DNA from: a virus
Lineage: Duplodnaviria; Caudoviricetes
Virus record (IMG/VR): IMGVR_UViG_3300029305_006521
Location: 1-64,000 of that record
Direction: 5' to 3' (one strand)
DNA: 64,000 bases
The notes under the pieces were generated by a model that saw only the letters and a list, made by a program, of their open reading frames with translations, was not told where the DNA came from and ran no database searches. Of this stretch, positions 40,811-50,373 are shown one piece after another; position 1 is the first letter of the stretch; every line of letters begins with the position of its first letter. The translations under genes were made by a program, and so were the position numbers.

Positions 40811-42181
40811 TTATTTCTTATACTTAGATAAAATTTCTGACAAACCATCAGTAGGAACATCCTTAGGAACGAACTGAGGTGTCTTAGTGAAAACTGAAGG
40901 ATTAGTATTAACTAATTCAAAAGCTAATTCCTTCTCAATAGAGTCAACAGTATATTCAGATAGATTTTCAGTATACTTAGAAATAATACTATCATCAAGC
41001 AGTTCGCTGTAACGATCAACAACAGCCTGCTTCTGAGCATTCTCACTGTCAAGCTTATATTGAGCTAATTGCTCGTTTTCAGTCTTTAAAGAATTAAGAG
41101 AGTTATTCGCTTCGTCTAATTGAGTCTGAATTTCTCCCTTTTCTGTTGTTAAAGTAGAAACTGAAGTATTAAGTTCTTCAATTTTTGATTCAAAATTCTG
41201 TCTATCTTCATCAAAAGAATTTGCGGCAACGAAATTTTCGTTTACCATTTCAAAAGTACCACCATTCATTGCATGGAGAGCTTCAAGGGCGGCCTTTTCA
41301 TTTTCAGTAATATCAACTATGAAGCACTTGCGGCGCTCACCGATTGTTACTACATCAGCGGCATCATCTTTAGTATAATCAACTTGCTCATACTGACCAG
41401 CTTCATAATTATAGCAAAGAGCGTACTTTTCATAAACATCAAGTACGGTATAAGTAATTGTCCAATTACCTTCTTCATTAAAAGAAGGATTAAGTCCCAT
41501 AAAAATGGCACTATGCTTTTCTGAGTCAGAAAGCTTGAAATTTACATTAGGCATTTCAGCTTGTCCTCCTTTATTATCATCTTGTTTTAAAGTAAAATCT
41601 TTTATATTATCTAAAGTTTCTTTTAAAGAAGTATAGAGACTATAAAAGGCGCTTCCTTCAAAACAAGGTTCAACTAATTCACCCAATGCTTGCAAGCCTA
41701 AGAAACAAGCATCGGTATATTCAAAACATCTACGTCCATCACGTATAATTACTGAACCCTGAATAGAAGGCTCATAAAGCTCCATTGATTGGCTTTTACC
41801 AGGAATTTCTTTGGCTTCTTCATAAAGACCTGTCCAAAGAAGTACGTTGGCGCAAGCATATTCACGCTCTATTCCATCTTCATCTAAATGAGTTTCCCAA
41901 GAAAAATCTAAATCATCTGGCCCCATAACCACACCATATGCCCGACCTTCGGTGCGGGCTTCTCCGTGTGTAGTAAAGTCGCCATCTTCGTAGATGCCCT
42001 TTACCGGTGCATAGGGAAGAGTTTTTAGTAATTTTTCAGCAAATTCATCTGTTATATAAGTACCATTTCGATTGTGCCCTTTATAAAAAATACGCACACG
42101 CGCTTTAGAAAGTACTTTATTATATTCTTCTAAATTATTGTATATAACAACTGGAAACTCTTTTATTTTATCAAAATTCAT
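40811..42181 (-). CDS. Prohead protease / scaffold fusion
   Basis: NRNGTYI...QSMEL...PCFEGS N-terminal domain plus acidic coiled-coil C-terminus; between portal and capsid genes. Confidence 0.7.
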   Translation of the reverse strand: MNFDKIKEFPVVIYNNLEEYNKVLSKARVRIFYKGHNRNGTYITDEFAEKLLKTLPYAPVKGIYEDGDFTTHGEARTEGRAYGVVMGPDDLDFSWETHLDEDGIEREYACANVLLWTGLYEEAKEIPGKSQSMELYEPSIQGSVIIRDGRRCFEYTDACFLGLQALGELVEPCFEGSAFYSLYTSLKETLDNIKDFTLKQDDNKGGQAEMPNVNFKLSDSEKHSAIFMGLNPSFNEEGNWTITYTVLDVYEKYALCYNYEAGQYEQVDYTKDDAADVVTIGERRKCFIVDITENEKAALEALHAMNGGTFEMVNENFVAANSFDEDRQNFESKIEELNTSVSTLTTEKGEIQTQLDEANNSLNSLKTENEQLAQYKLDSENAQKQAVVDRYSELLDDSIISKYTENLSEYTVDSIEKELAFELVNTNPSVFTKTPQFVPKDVPTDGLSEILSKYKK

Positions 42182-43656
42182 TTAGAGCCTCCTTGTCCAG
42201 TTTTTTCCTGTGACTCTTTGTTTTTAATTGTCTTAGGAGATTGCTCTGTTCCTTCTTTTGCTGGGCGGCCGGCACCTTCAGCAGTTTGAGTATAAGCAGT
42301 TTGTAGAGGAATTAATATCTTTTCTAATTTCAAAACATCATTCTCAAGCATTTTAATGTTAACTAAATCACGTTGAGTCAGTCCCAATGCCATTGAGGGA
42401 ATTAAGAAGCTATAGCCCATACCAGCAAGTTTAAAACTTTCTTCAACATATTCTTTTTCGTTATACCAAGTGATTGGTAAAATTGTATATTTAAAATTAA
42501 CGTTTGAATTAGCATAAAGCATATTTATGAGATTAGTTAGGAAATTGGAATATTTATTACCTAGTACCATCATTAAAGCAGTATCATTCTTAATACTCTT
42601 ATCCAATGAAGAACTACCAGTTGCCGCAAATAATTCTTTACTTGCGCCAGCTTGGTCATAAATATTTTGAACCATCTTCTCTAAGCGATTTGTTGTTGCT
42701 TCACCAGAAGTTTTTGACACAATTGCATCAACATCGTCATAAGTAGTTAAAACGGAAATATTCTTATTACCTCTTAACATACCGACGGCCGCCATATGCA
42801 TTTCTTCTGCTTCTTCAGGTTCAAATAATAAACTTCCATCATTTAAATGAGGTACTTTTTGAACAATAATTTTTCTGATTTCATCTAAATCTCTTTCTCT
42901 TTCTGTATCAACCGCCATATCATACTCAATTGCGGCAGGAATAACATCTAAAAAAATGGGTCTTCCATCAAAGAAAGGAAAACATATACCTACATCAGAA
43001 GGAATCATTACAAATTTCTTTGCTTTACCTTTTTTAAATTTCCTGTAAGCATTACTAATAAAATCAGGATAAACATCTAATGCTTCTTGCCTTGCCGCTT
43101 TATCAAAAATTGTATCAAAATAAGAAACATCAAATTGAATTATATCATTTCCATGAATATCCTTAAAATTAGAAGAACAATATCCAACAGGTAAATCTAA
43201 AATACATAAAGAATTTTTATCTGCAGAAAGTAATAACCCATAGTAACTACCATCTACCAAAGCCCTATAAGAACAATTAGTTAAAAGCGATGGAAGTTTT
43301 GCACGTTCAATAAAATCAAGCGCTGAATGATATCGTTTTTGGATGTGTTCTTGGGAGAGATTTTTACCAAAACTTGGATTAGCGATTAATACACCCGAAT
43401 ATTTTAATATCGTGGCGTAATAAATTATCAAACGTTTATAAAATCCATCTTTATAAAAGTAATTTCTTGAAAGTTTTTGTTGTTCTTCTAAAGAACCAGA
43501 TTCAATAATTTTTTTAACTTCTTCTAAACTATAGTCCTTAATTCTTGTAACTCGACGATAGTTCCATGAACTATCTTCATATGCATTTGGGGTGGTTGCA
43601 ACTCTTTTACCCAAAGTGCGTTTAAATTCAGATAAAAACTTAGTATCCTTCTCCAT
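42178..43656 (-). CDS. Portal protein
   Basis: 492 aa directly after TerL; C-terminal TAYTQT...AGRP tail. Confidence 0.75.
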   Translation of the reverse strand: MEKDTKFLSEFKRTLGKRVATTPNAYEDSSWNYRRVTRIKDYSLEEVKKIIESGSLEEQQKLSRNYFYKDGFYKRLIIYYATILKYSGVLIANPSFGKNLSQEHIQKRYHSALDFIERAKLPSLLTNCSYRALVDGSYYGLLLSADKNSLCILDLPVGYCSSNFKDIHGNDIIQFDVSYFDTIFDKAARQEALDVYPDFISNAYRKFKKGKAKKFVMIPSDVGICFPFFDGRPIFLDVIPAAIEYDMAVDTERERDLDEIRKIIVQKVPHLNDGSLLFEPEEAEEMHMAAVGMLRGNKNISVLTTYDDVDAIVSKTSGEATTNRLEKMVQNIYDQAGASKELFAATGSSSLDKSIKNDTALMMVLGNKYSNFLTNLINMLYANSNVNFKYTILPITWYNEKEYVEESFKLAGMGYSFLIPSMALGLTQRDLVNIKMLENDVLKLEKILIPLQTAYTQTAEGAGRPAKEGTEQSPKTIKNKESQEKTGQGGSK

Positions 43657-45460
43657 AAGTAAAACCTCCTGAGAAGAAAGTTAGCTTACGCTTAACTCCT
43701 CCACCACGGCGGCGAATCTTCTTAGCTGATTCTTCTTCGAGTTCCTTTATACGCCATAGCCCATAAACGAAAGAATAATATTTATCGTCAGGGAAACGGG
43801 TATTAATCGGTTCGAGAACAATGTCCAAAGATGCCCCGGTACGTTTAAGACGTAAATTAGACATTTCTTCAAATAGTTTGGTAGTCATCTCATGCGGCAG
43901 TAAGCGTCGAACACGCTGTTCTGGCGTCATTTTTTGACCTACTTTAGTGGCCATGAGGGCATTTTTTGCTTCTTGTTCTTTAATTAAGAAACGAACCATA
44001 CCACTGTTTATTCTAGAAAAAGCGTTACCGTTAATCTGTGATTTAAGTGGTCCATTAGCTTTGATGCCATAAAGAATTTTAGGAGCATCTTTTGGTTGAA
44101 TTTTCTTGTAGTTATCGTCATTAATAAAACCATAAGCAGGAAGAATGTTTCCTTCAATGTCATATTGTTGACGAATCATTTCATCACCAAGACCAACACC
44201 AAGACCATTGGTATCAATAACGCATTCTTTTACGTTATAGGCCGCAATCATCTTCTTTATGTCGATTGCTTGTTGATGGAATGTTTTTGTTTCGGCAGTG
44301 CGACCGAGTACAACAAGATTAACCAAAGTAGCATAATATTTACCATTTAAAATATTAACTCGAAAAACGCAAACAACAGTTTGGTCATTTAAACGACCTA
44401 CGTCCACTGACATTAAGTAGAAATAGTTACTATCGGGTCTTCGAATTTCGCGTAATTCTGGATTTTTTAATTTACGGTAATTTTGAAGTTTGTCATATTG
44501 GAACCAAGATTCTTCAGAACCACCAGACCAAATACCAAGATATTCGCGGGCGAAGGATTCTTCATCATATGAGGGTGACATTTGAAGGTCACGAATGTAG
44601 TCTATATCTAAAAGACCGTGCTTCGCGGGAATACGATAATCACAGCCGATGTTGATTGCTTTGGTTGGATCAATAATTGATTTTTCAAAAACATCAATTA
44701 ATTTATCAAAAGCAAATGAAGTTTTGACTCCGGCAGATGTACACATTATTTGTTGCTGGTTTGGTTCATTAGGATTAACTGTATTGTCAGGAAGACGACG
44801 TGAAACGTTCATCAATGGTAAAACAACTTCATTAATCGGTTCTTCTTCGTGGTCACGTATCTCATCAATTAGTCCGCCATGACGGCGGCCGCCACGAGTA
44901 GTATCTAAAGCACCAACAACGTCAAGTACTGAACCATTTCTGAATTTAAGTGTAACATAATCTTTACCGAAATTACCTGGAGTATCTGAAATTTCACCGC
45001 CTACCACTTCTTTTCTCAAAAGCGGCCAATGATCATAAATTTCAACAATCTTTTCTTTTGCAATTTGTGCAGATTGATTTTTGTTGGGAGCACAAATAAA
45101 TCGTTTAGTCTTTGGCATGAATACACATTGTAGCATCATTCCAAGAATTGTAAGAAATGACTTTGAAAAAGCACGGCAAGCAGTAATGTAAATGCTCTTA
45201 TAACGCATGAGCGCACGCAGTACAATTCTTTGATAAAAGAAAAGGTCAAAGTTTGAATCAACTGGTTTAATCATATCCAGATAAAGGTCTGGATAAGCAG
45301 TGAAAAATTCAGCATATTGAATGAATAAATCTTCGTGTTGCTTTAAATATTCTTCTGTGATGACCACACCTTTTTCTAATTCAACATCGTCGCGTATTGC
45401 AAGTTTAAGCTTTCCTTCTTCAATTGCCGTAGTATTAGTTGTTAAAAAGGCATTACTCAT
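43640..45460 (-). CDS. Terminase large subunit
   Basis: LFFYQ adenine-binding motif, variant Walker A ACRAFSKS, RGGRR..GLIDE Walker B, SVDVGR and PDDKY nuclease motifs. Confidence 0.9.
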   Translation of the reverse strand: MSNAFLTTNTTAIEEGKLKLAIRDDVELEKGVVITEEYLKQHEDLFIQYAEFFTAYPDLYLDMIKPVDSNFDLFFYQRIVLRALMRYKSIYITACRAFSKSFLTILGMMLQCVFMPKTKRFICAPNKNQSAQIAKEKIVEIYDHWPLLRKEVVGGEISDTPGNFGKDYVTLKFRNGSVLDVVGALDTTRGGRRHGGLIDEIRDHEEEPINEVVLPLMNVSRRLPDNTVNPNEPNQQQIMCTSAGVKTSFAFDKLIDVFEKSIIDPTKAINIGCDYRIPAKHGLLDIDYIRDLQMSPSYDEESFAREYLGIWSGGSEESWFQYDKLQNYRKLKNPELREIRRPDSNYFYLMSVDVGRLNDQTVVCVFRVNILNGKYYATLVNLVVLGRTAETKTFHQQAIDIKKMIAAYNVKECVIDTNGLGVGLGDEMIRQQYDIEGNILPAYGFINDDNYKKIQPKDAPKILYGIKANGPLKSQINGNAFSRINSGMVRFLIKEQEAKNALMATKVGQKMTPEQRVRRLLPHEMTTKLFEEMSNLRLKRTGASLDIVLEPINTRFPDDKYYSFVYGLWRIKELEEESAKKIRRRGGGVKRKLTFFSGGFTYGEGY

Positions 45461-46437
45461 TAAACATCCACCTCAAATTCTTCATCACTATAAAGCTCAT
45501 TAAAAGCTTCGTTTTCAAAAGCATCAAGGTCGTAAGTCTTATCAGTATCATATAAATTTTCAGCATCGGCCGCAATCTTCAAAGCTTCTATGCGGCGAGT
45601 AATTTCTTCACCAATACCGGTTTCATTGGTATAAAGTCGCTGATTAAAGGCTTGGAAGTTTTTTAATGTTTCATCTACTACGTCTCTGGTGACGTTGTCG
45701 TAAAACTTATTCTTCCAACCTCTCTTCTCCAACCACTTAAACAATTCTCCGACTGAATCAAAATCTGAAGCATTTTTGGTGTTCTTTGGAGTAAATTCTG
45801 CAATTTTAACCAGCTTATCATAGGAAGCAAGAATCTTATCAAAATCTGTTCCCGCCCGAATACGTGAATCAATTTCCAAAGAAATCTTGCACAACTTTTC
45901 TGCTTGGTCAACTTGAAGAGCGCCATTGATGTTTTGACTCTGTAACATACCATTGTACAGTGTATCTAAATAGGAAAGTTCTTCTTCCGAATAATTAGCC
46001 CCCCACTTATCTCTCATCTTTCCTAAGCGTTCTTCTTGAATAAGGGGTAATTCCTGCTCGATGAGTTCCATCTTTTCGAGTTTCTTGAACTCCTCAAAAT
46101 ACATCCCCCAGTCTAAGTGTTCATACTCTTCCTTAAAGAATACTGCGGCATATCGTTGAAAAGCATCATCGGGGTTTTCTTCATAAAAGCGTATCCATTC
46201 TTTGGGAATGAAGGGAATGTTCAGTGCAGCGCAAATTTGATTGACAATTTTCCAATTAGAGTCGTTTTCACGGAGAATGCGGCCGATGCAATCATTACAA
46301 ACATCGGCAAACCCATCTGCCGCAAGAATTGATTTGCTTCTAACATAATGCGCGGCAGGATGGTCTTGGCCGCAACAAGTGCAGGTTTTGGTTAAAAAAG
46401 AAGCCCGAACTCCGGGCATTCTGGGAGCAAGTCCCAT
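45460..46437 (-). CDS. Zn-finger protein upstream of TerL (possible small terminase)
   Basis: CTCCG...VCNDC N-terminus; stop overlaps TerL start. Confidence 0.5.
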   Translation of the reverse strand: MGLAPRMPGVRASFLTKTCTCCGQDHPAAHYVRSKSILAADGFADVCNDCIGRILRENDSNWKIVNQICAALNIPFIPKEWIRFYEENPDDAFQRYAAVFFKEEYEHLDWGMYFEEFKKLEKMELIEQELPLIQEERLGKMRDKWGANYSEEELSYLDTLYNGMLQSQNINGALQVDQAEKLCKISLEIDSRIRAGTDFDKILASYDKLVKIAEFTPKNTKNASDFDSVGELFKWLEKRGWKNKFYDNVTRDVVDETLKNFQAFNQRLYTNETGIGEEITRRIEALKIAADAENLYDTDKTYDLDAFENEAFNELYSDEEFEVDV

Positions 46438-46686
46438 TTATTTGTTTTTGGTAGCGGCACGCAAAGCACGAAGAATTTCACGACGTTGCGGCCGACCGCA
46501 TTTTTCAAAATGATCAAGGACGTCATCGAGCAAATCTGCAAAATCTCGGTTACGTTCTCCGTCAAGCAATGGCACACAGAGAATTTTGGTCAGCCCCAAG
46601 AATTCAACTGCATTAAGTTTGCTGACAAGCATTAAAAATTCTTCAAAAGACTTTGAATGGTCTTTTTGTTTTACATTAAAGTTCAT
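46438..46686 (-). CDS. Hypothetical protein
   Basis: Start moved to ATG 46686 after GAGGT. Confidence 0.65.
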   Translation of the reverse strand: MNFNVKQKDHSKSFEEFLMLVSKLNAVEFLGLTKILCVPLLDGERNRDFADLLDDVLDHFEKCGRPQRREILRALRAATKNK

Positions 46687-46693
46687 TAGTTGT

Positions 46694-48019
46694 TTACCTC
46701 TTGTTCGCTGTGCGGCGTTGACGGTCTTTCTTGTCGCAAATCTTACACTTCGAGGCGAAACCGTCTGATGAATTGGCTTTCCGCACAAAGTTGTTACTAT
46801 CTATTAAGTACCATTTGCCGCAACAATTACACTTCTTGAAGTTTTCTTCAAAGAAGACATTTTCCATCAATTTTATATGGTAGGCCGCAGTATTGCAAAT
46901 TCTGCCGATGACTTTTTGGCGGAAGATGGTGGAAATGTAATTGGCGGTGTAGGTCTTGGAGTATTTTTCATTGATGTGGTCTGCGATTTCTTGATTTTTG
47001 TATTTTCTTGCTTTCATGTGGAGGATTTCTAATTGATAAGGTTCGAGATAAGTTTGTTCTTCGTAGAATTTAAGTGTTTCAAGAAGTGCAGAGTGTTTTT
47101 CTTTTTCGATTTCCTCAAAGGTGATGTCATAGAAGCCCAAGTAAAGTTCTGCAACATGCGCAGGATTGGAGAAGTCGAAAAAGAGGGAGGACGAGGGTTT
47201 CTCTCTCCAAAGATAATCTGAGATGACCTTGAGGTCATCTTCGCTGTAGATTTCAGTATGGACTTCTTCAAAAGGATGGAAGAAGACTTCTGCGGCGCAG
47301 TTGCCGTTTTTCAATCCAAAGGGGAATACAGGGATTTCTGCGTCAAATTCAGGAACCAAATATTCAGCAGGTCGCCGCAGCATTTGGGTATTCATAATGG
47401 GATCAACGAAGGAGTCACGAATTGAGTATTGCTCACTTCGGTATTCAACGAGAAGATGTCGACGCTTCAAGTATTGATACTGGTTGAGGTGAGCGGCTTT
47501 TTCATGCGCTTCGGCAATTTGTTCTTCGGTGAATTTTTCGAGTAATTCGGGGCGAATGGGCTTTTTGCGCTTGCCGTGCCGCAGGTCGTAGCAGTTAAGG
47601 AGAAGGTCAAGTGCGTCAATTTTTTCCCAGAGTGGTTCCAGAAGGGAACGCATTTCAGGATTAAGGGATGCTTCTTCTCGGGAGAAGGCTTCTCTGCGTA
47701 CTTTGGGTGCGGCTGGTGCATTGATAGGAAAGATTTGGTTTTCGTTGAAGGAGGGGTTTTCGAGGATTGCCTCGTAGGATTCTTCTTCTTTGCGGTCCCA
47801 TGTGCCGTAACGAGTAGCGATTTGGACATCTTTGTGTTGGACGGCATTTTTGCCGGATTCATCTTTTCCATAGAGAAGATAATTGCCGATGGTTTCGAGT
47901 TCATCGGGGGTAAGTGGGCTAATCTTCCATTGGGGAAGTGCCAAATATTTTTCAATGAATTCCACTCGCTCCACGTTGGTGGGGAGTGAGAAGTCTAAGT
48001 TAAGTCGATTTTTTGCCAT
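46694..48019 (-). CDS. Putative transcription regulator: sigma-region-4-like HTH plus C-terminal Zn finger
   Basis: QLEILHM..RKYKNQEIAD.I...YIS HTH-like segment; CNCCG...CKIC; first gene of the morphogenesis strand. Confidence 0.55.
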   Translation of the reverse strand: MAKNRLNLDFSLPTNVERVEFIEKYLALPQWKISPLTPDELETIGNYLLYGKDESGKNAVQHKDVQIATRYGTWDRKEEESYEAILENPSFNENQIFPINAPAAPKVRREAFSREEASLNPEMRSLLEPLWEKIDALDLLLNCYDLRHGKRKKPIRPELLEKFTEEQIAEAHEKAAHLNQYQYLKRRHLLVEYRSEQYSIRDSFVDPIMNTQMLRRPAEYLVPEFDAEIPVFPFGLKNGNCAAEVFFHPFEEVHTEIYSEDDLKVISDYLWREKPSSSLFFDFSNPAHVAELYLGFYDITFEEIEKEKHSALLETLKFYEEQTYLEPYQLEILHMKARKYKNQEIADHINEKYSKTYTANYISTIFRQKVIGRICNTAAYHIKLMENVFFEENFKKCNCCGKWYLIDSNNFVRKANSSDGFASKCKICDKKDRQRRTANKR

Positions 48020-48096
48020 CTATAGGTGAGCTTCGTCGTTGGCGAAGTAAAGGTTTGCCAGCGGCAAAGCAGGTCTCCTTTTTTAATTACACTTGT

Positions 48097-48125
48097 AGTA
48101 TAACACAATTTTGGGGAGTTGTCAA
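48097..48125 (-). promoter_or_regulatory. Sigma-A promoter for the leftward (morphogenesis) strand
   Basis: TTGACA-17 bp-TATACT with TG. Confidence 0.8.
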
Positions 48126-48255
48126 ATTTTCAAATTAGTTTCGTGGGACGAGTTTTCCAGGTAGGGGTATTTGATTGTTAAAAAATTCACAATTTCCCAC
48201 AAACCACCCGCCCCTTTGTTAAAAAAATAACTAATAAAAAAAATAATAAAAAGTG

Positions 48256-48284
48256 TTGACATATTTAGATGTATGCTGTATACT
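48256..48284 (+). promoter_or_regulatory. Sigma-A promoter of the first rightward unit; a palindrome half-site lies in its spacer
   Basis: TTGACA-17-TATACT, A-tract UP element upstream, TTTAGATGT at 48264-48272. Confidence 0.85.
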
Positions 48285-48332
48285 AATACTCGTAAGGAAC
48301 ACCAAACAAAACAAAGAAAGGAACACAAAACC

Positions 48333-48851
48333 ATGAGCAAAATCTATGTATTCAAGGCAACCGACAAGGGTATCATTGGCAAAGCCTTTGAAATGGCTAT
48401 CAAAGACAGCCTGAACCGCAAAAATGCTGACAGGGTCAGCCCCTGCGGAACTTGCGATTTCCGCTATAATCGCAAAGCCTATGATACTAAACAGAACGGC
48501 TCTGTTCTCAAGTATGACGGCGTAGACGGCTATGTTCGCGGCTCTTCCCGTGTTATCTATGCAACCCATGTTGCCCACACCATGAGCGTGCAGGGTGAGC
48601 AGGCTTTCATCTCTATCGACCTGATGAACACTGAAATGTTCGTCCTTGACAAAAAGGACTTTGTGGAAGAGCTTGAGCGCATGAACGCTATGAAGTACAA
48701 TGCCGCAAGGCATGAAATCAATATCCAGACCATGTACAACTACAAAAAGGACGCCTACCACGGCAAGAAAGGCAAGGACCTTGAACAGTGGGCATGGGAG
48801 AACTGCCTTGAGGATGATATCCTTGACGCAATCATTGAGGGGCTTGAATAA
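48333..48851 (+). CDS. PD-(D/E)XK restriction-endonuclease-like nuclease (putative)
   Basis: GKAFE helix...CD...YDTK arrangement; start ATG 48333 after AAGGA. Confidence 0.5.
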   Translation: MSKIYVFKATDKGIIGKAFEMAIKDSLNRKNADRVSPCGTCDFRYNRKAYDTKQNGSVLKYDGVDGYVRGSSRVIYATHVAHTMSVQGEQAFISIDLMNTEMFVLDKKDFVEELERMNAMKYNAARHEINIQTMYNYKKDAYHGKKGKDLEQWAWENCLEDDILDAIIEGLE

Positions 48852-48859
48852 AGCCCCTT

Positions 48860-48907
48860 TGGGTCAGCCGGTAAGAGTCCGGCTCTGATGAGCAAGAGCG
48901 AAACCCA
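48860..48907 (+). ncRNA. Type III hammerhead ribozyme
   Basis: UGGGUC|AGCCGG-loop-CCGGCU-CUGAUGA-GC-AAGA-GC-GAAACCCA: intact core, GUC cleavage triplet, stems I, II and III all pair. Confidence 0.85.
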
Positions 48908-48929
48908 TAAAAGAAAGGAAGCTAAGAAA

Positions 48930-49238
48930 ATGAAAGAAGCCTATACTGATATCTGCAAGATGATTGTCAAGATGATGGAGAAAGAAGCTAAGTATGAAGC
49001 TGAATATGATGCCGCATATGAAGCCTTTTTCGACCAGAACCACGCTGTCACCTACTGGGAAGAACGGTATAAAGAAGAAGGGGAAGCCGTAGGTAGTGAA
49101 CTGGATGCCGCCTATGATGCTAACCATGAAGCTTGGCAAAAGCAGAGTGATGCTGGTGATAAACTTGATGTAGTCCGTGATATTCTAAGGCACCTTAGAG
49201 AAGCCGCCGAACTGATTGAAGATAATGAGGGGATATAA
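48930..49238 (+). CDS. Acidic helical hypothetical protein
   Basis: ATG 48930 after GAAAGGA, immediately downstream of the ribozyme. Confidence 0.8.
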   Translation: MKEAYTDICKMIVKMMEKEAKYEAEYDAAYEAFFDQNHAVTYWEERYKEEGEAVGSELDAAYDANHEAWQKQSDAGDKLDVVRDILRHLREAAELIEDNEGI

Positions 49239-49277
49239 ATCCCCTTTTTATTTATTGTTTAGTTTCTCAATAGGAAA

Positions 49278-49335
49278 CTTAGATGTAGCACATCTAAATC
49301 CCAATGTTGACAAATGGGAAACTATGTAGTACAAT
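49278..49335 (+). promoter_or_regulatory. Palindrome plus sigma-A promoter (gap 8)
   Basis: TTGACA 49307, 17-bp spacer, TACAAT 49330. Confidence 0.85.
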
Positions 49336-49367
49336 GTATATACAGTAAAGGAAAGGGGAACACGAAC

Positions 49368-49826
49368 ATGAGTAACTATACTATCTACTTTGACATGGAC
49401 GGTACCATTGCAAACCTGTATGGGGTTGACAACTGGCTTGACAAGCTGAGGGCTGAGGATGCAAGCCCATATGTAGAAGCTGAGCCTATGGTCGATATGT
49501 GTGAACTGAGTCGCCTCCTGTGTAAAGCTGTTGAGATGGGCTACAGGCTGGGTATTATCAGTTGGCTGAGCCGAGAGGCATCGCAGGAGTATAAGAAAGA
49601 AATCCGAGCTGCAAAGCGTGCATGGTTGGAAGAAAATCTCGATGTAGATTTTGATGAAATTCATCTTGTGCAGTATGGCACAAGAAAAGATTATGTGGCA
49701 CAGGATAAACAGGGAATTATCTTTGATGATGATGAAAGAGTGAGAAATAATTGGAAAGGTTTTGCAATCAATCCAGAGGAAACAAATATGATTGATTTTC
49801 TGAAATTTATTGTAATGGACGAGTAA
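49368..49826 (+). CDS. HAD-superfamily 5'(3')-nucleotidase-like hydrolase
   Basis: FDMDGTIA motif I, IIS motif II, K and IFDD motifs. Confidence 0.8.
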   Translation: MSNYTIYFDMDGTIANLYGVDNWLDKLRAEDASPYVEAEPMVDMCELSRLLCKAVEMGYRLGIISWLSREASQEYKKEIRAAKRAWLEENLDVDFDEIHLVQYGTRKDYVAQDKQGIIFDDDERVRNNWKGFAINPEETNMIDFLKFIVMDE

Positions 49827-49851
49827 TCGTCCATTTTTTTTGAGAAAAAGA

Positions 49852-49909
49852 TTTAGATGTGGAACATCTAAATTGGGGTATTGACAAAATTGTCCCGAAA
49901 TGGTATACT
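49852..49909 (+). promoter_or_regulatory. Palindrome plus sigma-A promoter (gap 8)
   Basis: TTGACA 49881-17-TATACT 49904. Confidence 0.85.
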
Positions 49910-49942
49910 TTAAGTACAGTAAAGGAAAGGAAAAATAAAAAA

Positions 49943-50221
49943 ATGAAAAAAGCATTTGAAATGAACAAAATCGCATCTGAGGCAGTTATGGAAAAAATCG
50001 AAAAAATGGAAAAAAATGCCGTAGAAACCGTAGAAAAGAAAATTTTCCCTCAGATTGAAGCCGAAGCAAAAAAAGGTTTCTACAATGTAAAATTTCATGT
50101 AGATAGCAATATTGAAAAAAATATTGTTGTAAAAATTTTGGAAGAAAATGGTTATGTAGTAAAAGCAAATGGATACCATCTTTCTATTGATTGGTATATG
50201 GCAAGAGAAATTGGGGAATAA
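49943..50221 (+). CDS. Hypothetical protein (paralogue of 55291-55566)
   Basis: AKKG...L.E.GY.V....I.W pattern; SD AAGGAAAGG. Confidence 0.75.
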   Translation: MKKAFEMNKIASEAVMEKIEKMEKNAVETVEKKIFPQIEAEAKKGFYNVKFHVDSNIEKNIVVKILEENGYVVKANGYHLSIDWYMAREIGE

Positions 50222-50238
50222 TTTTCCCTTTTTCTAAA

Positions 50239-50306
50239 TTTAGATGTACCACATCTAAAAACAAAATAATTTTCCTATTGCTTTTTTCAGAAATATCTGT
50301 TATAAT
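50239..50306 (+). promoter_or_regulatory. Palindrome plus sigma-A promoter (gap 18)
   Basis: TTGCTT 50278-17-TATAAT 50301. Confidence 0.8.
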
Positions 50307-50373
50307 TTAATTACAGTAAAGGACAGGGAAAAACAAAATCCCGAAATTAAAAGAAAGAAAAGGAGAAAAGAAA

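Noticed and set aside
48020-48022. Genome-wide TAG recoding (genetic code 15)
   Set aside because: Long structural genes are uninterrupted under code 11 and TAG ends the 5214-6038 gene plausibly; the in-frame TAG here is a single local case
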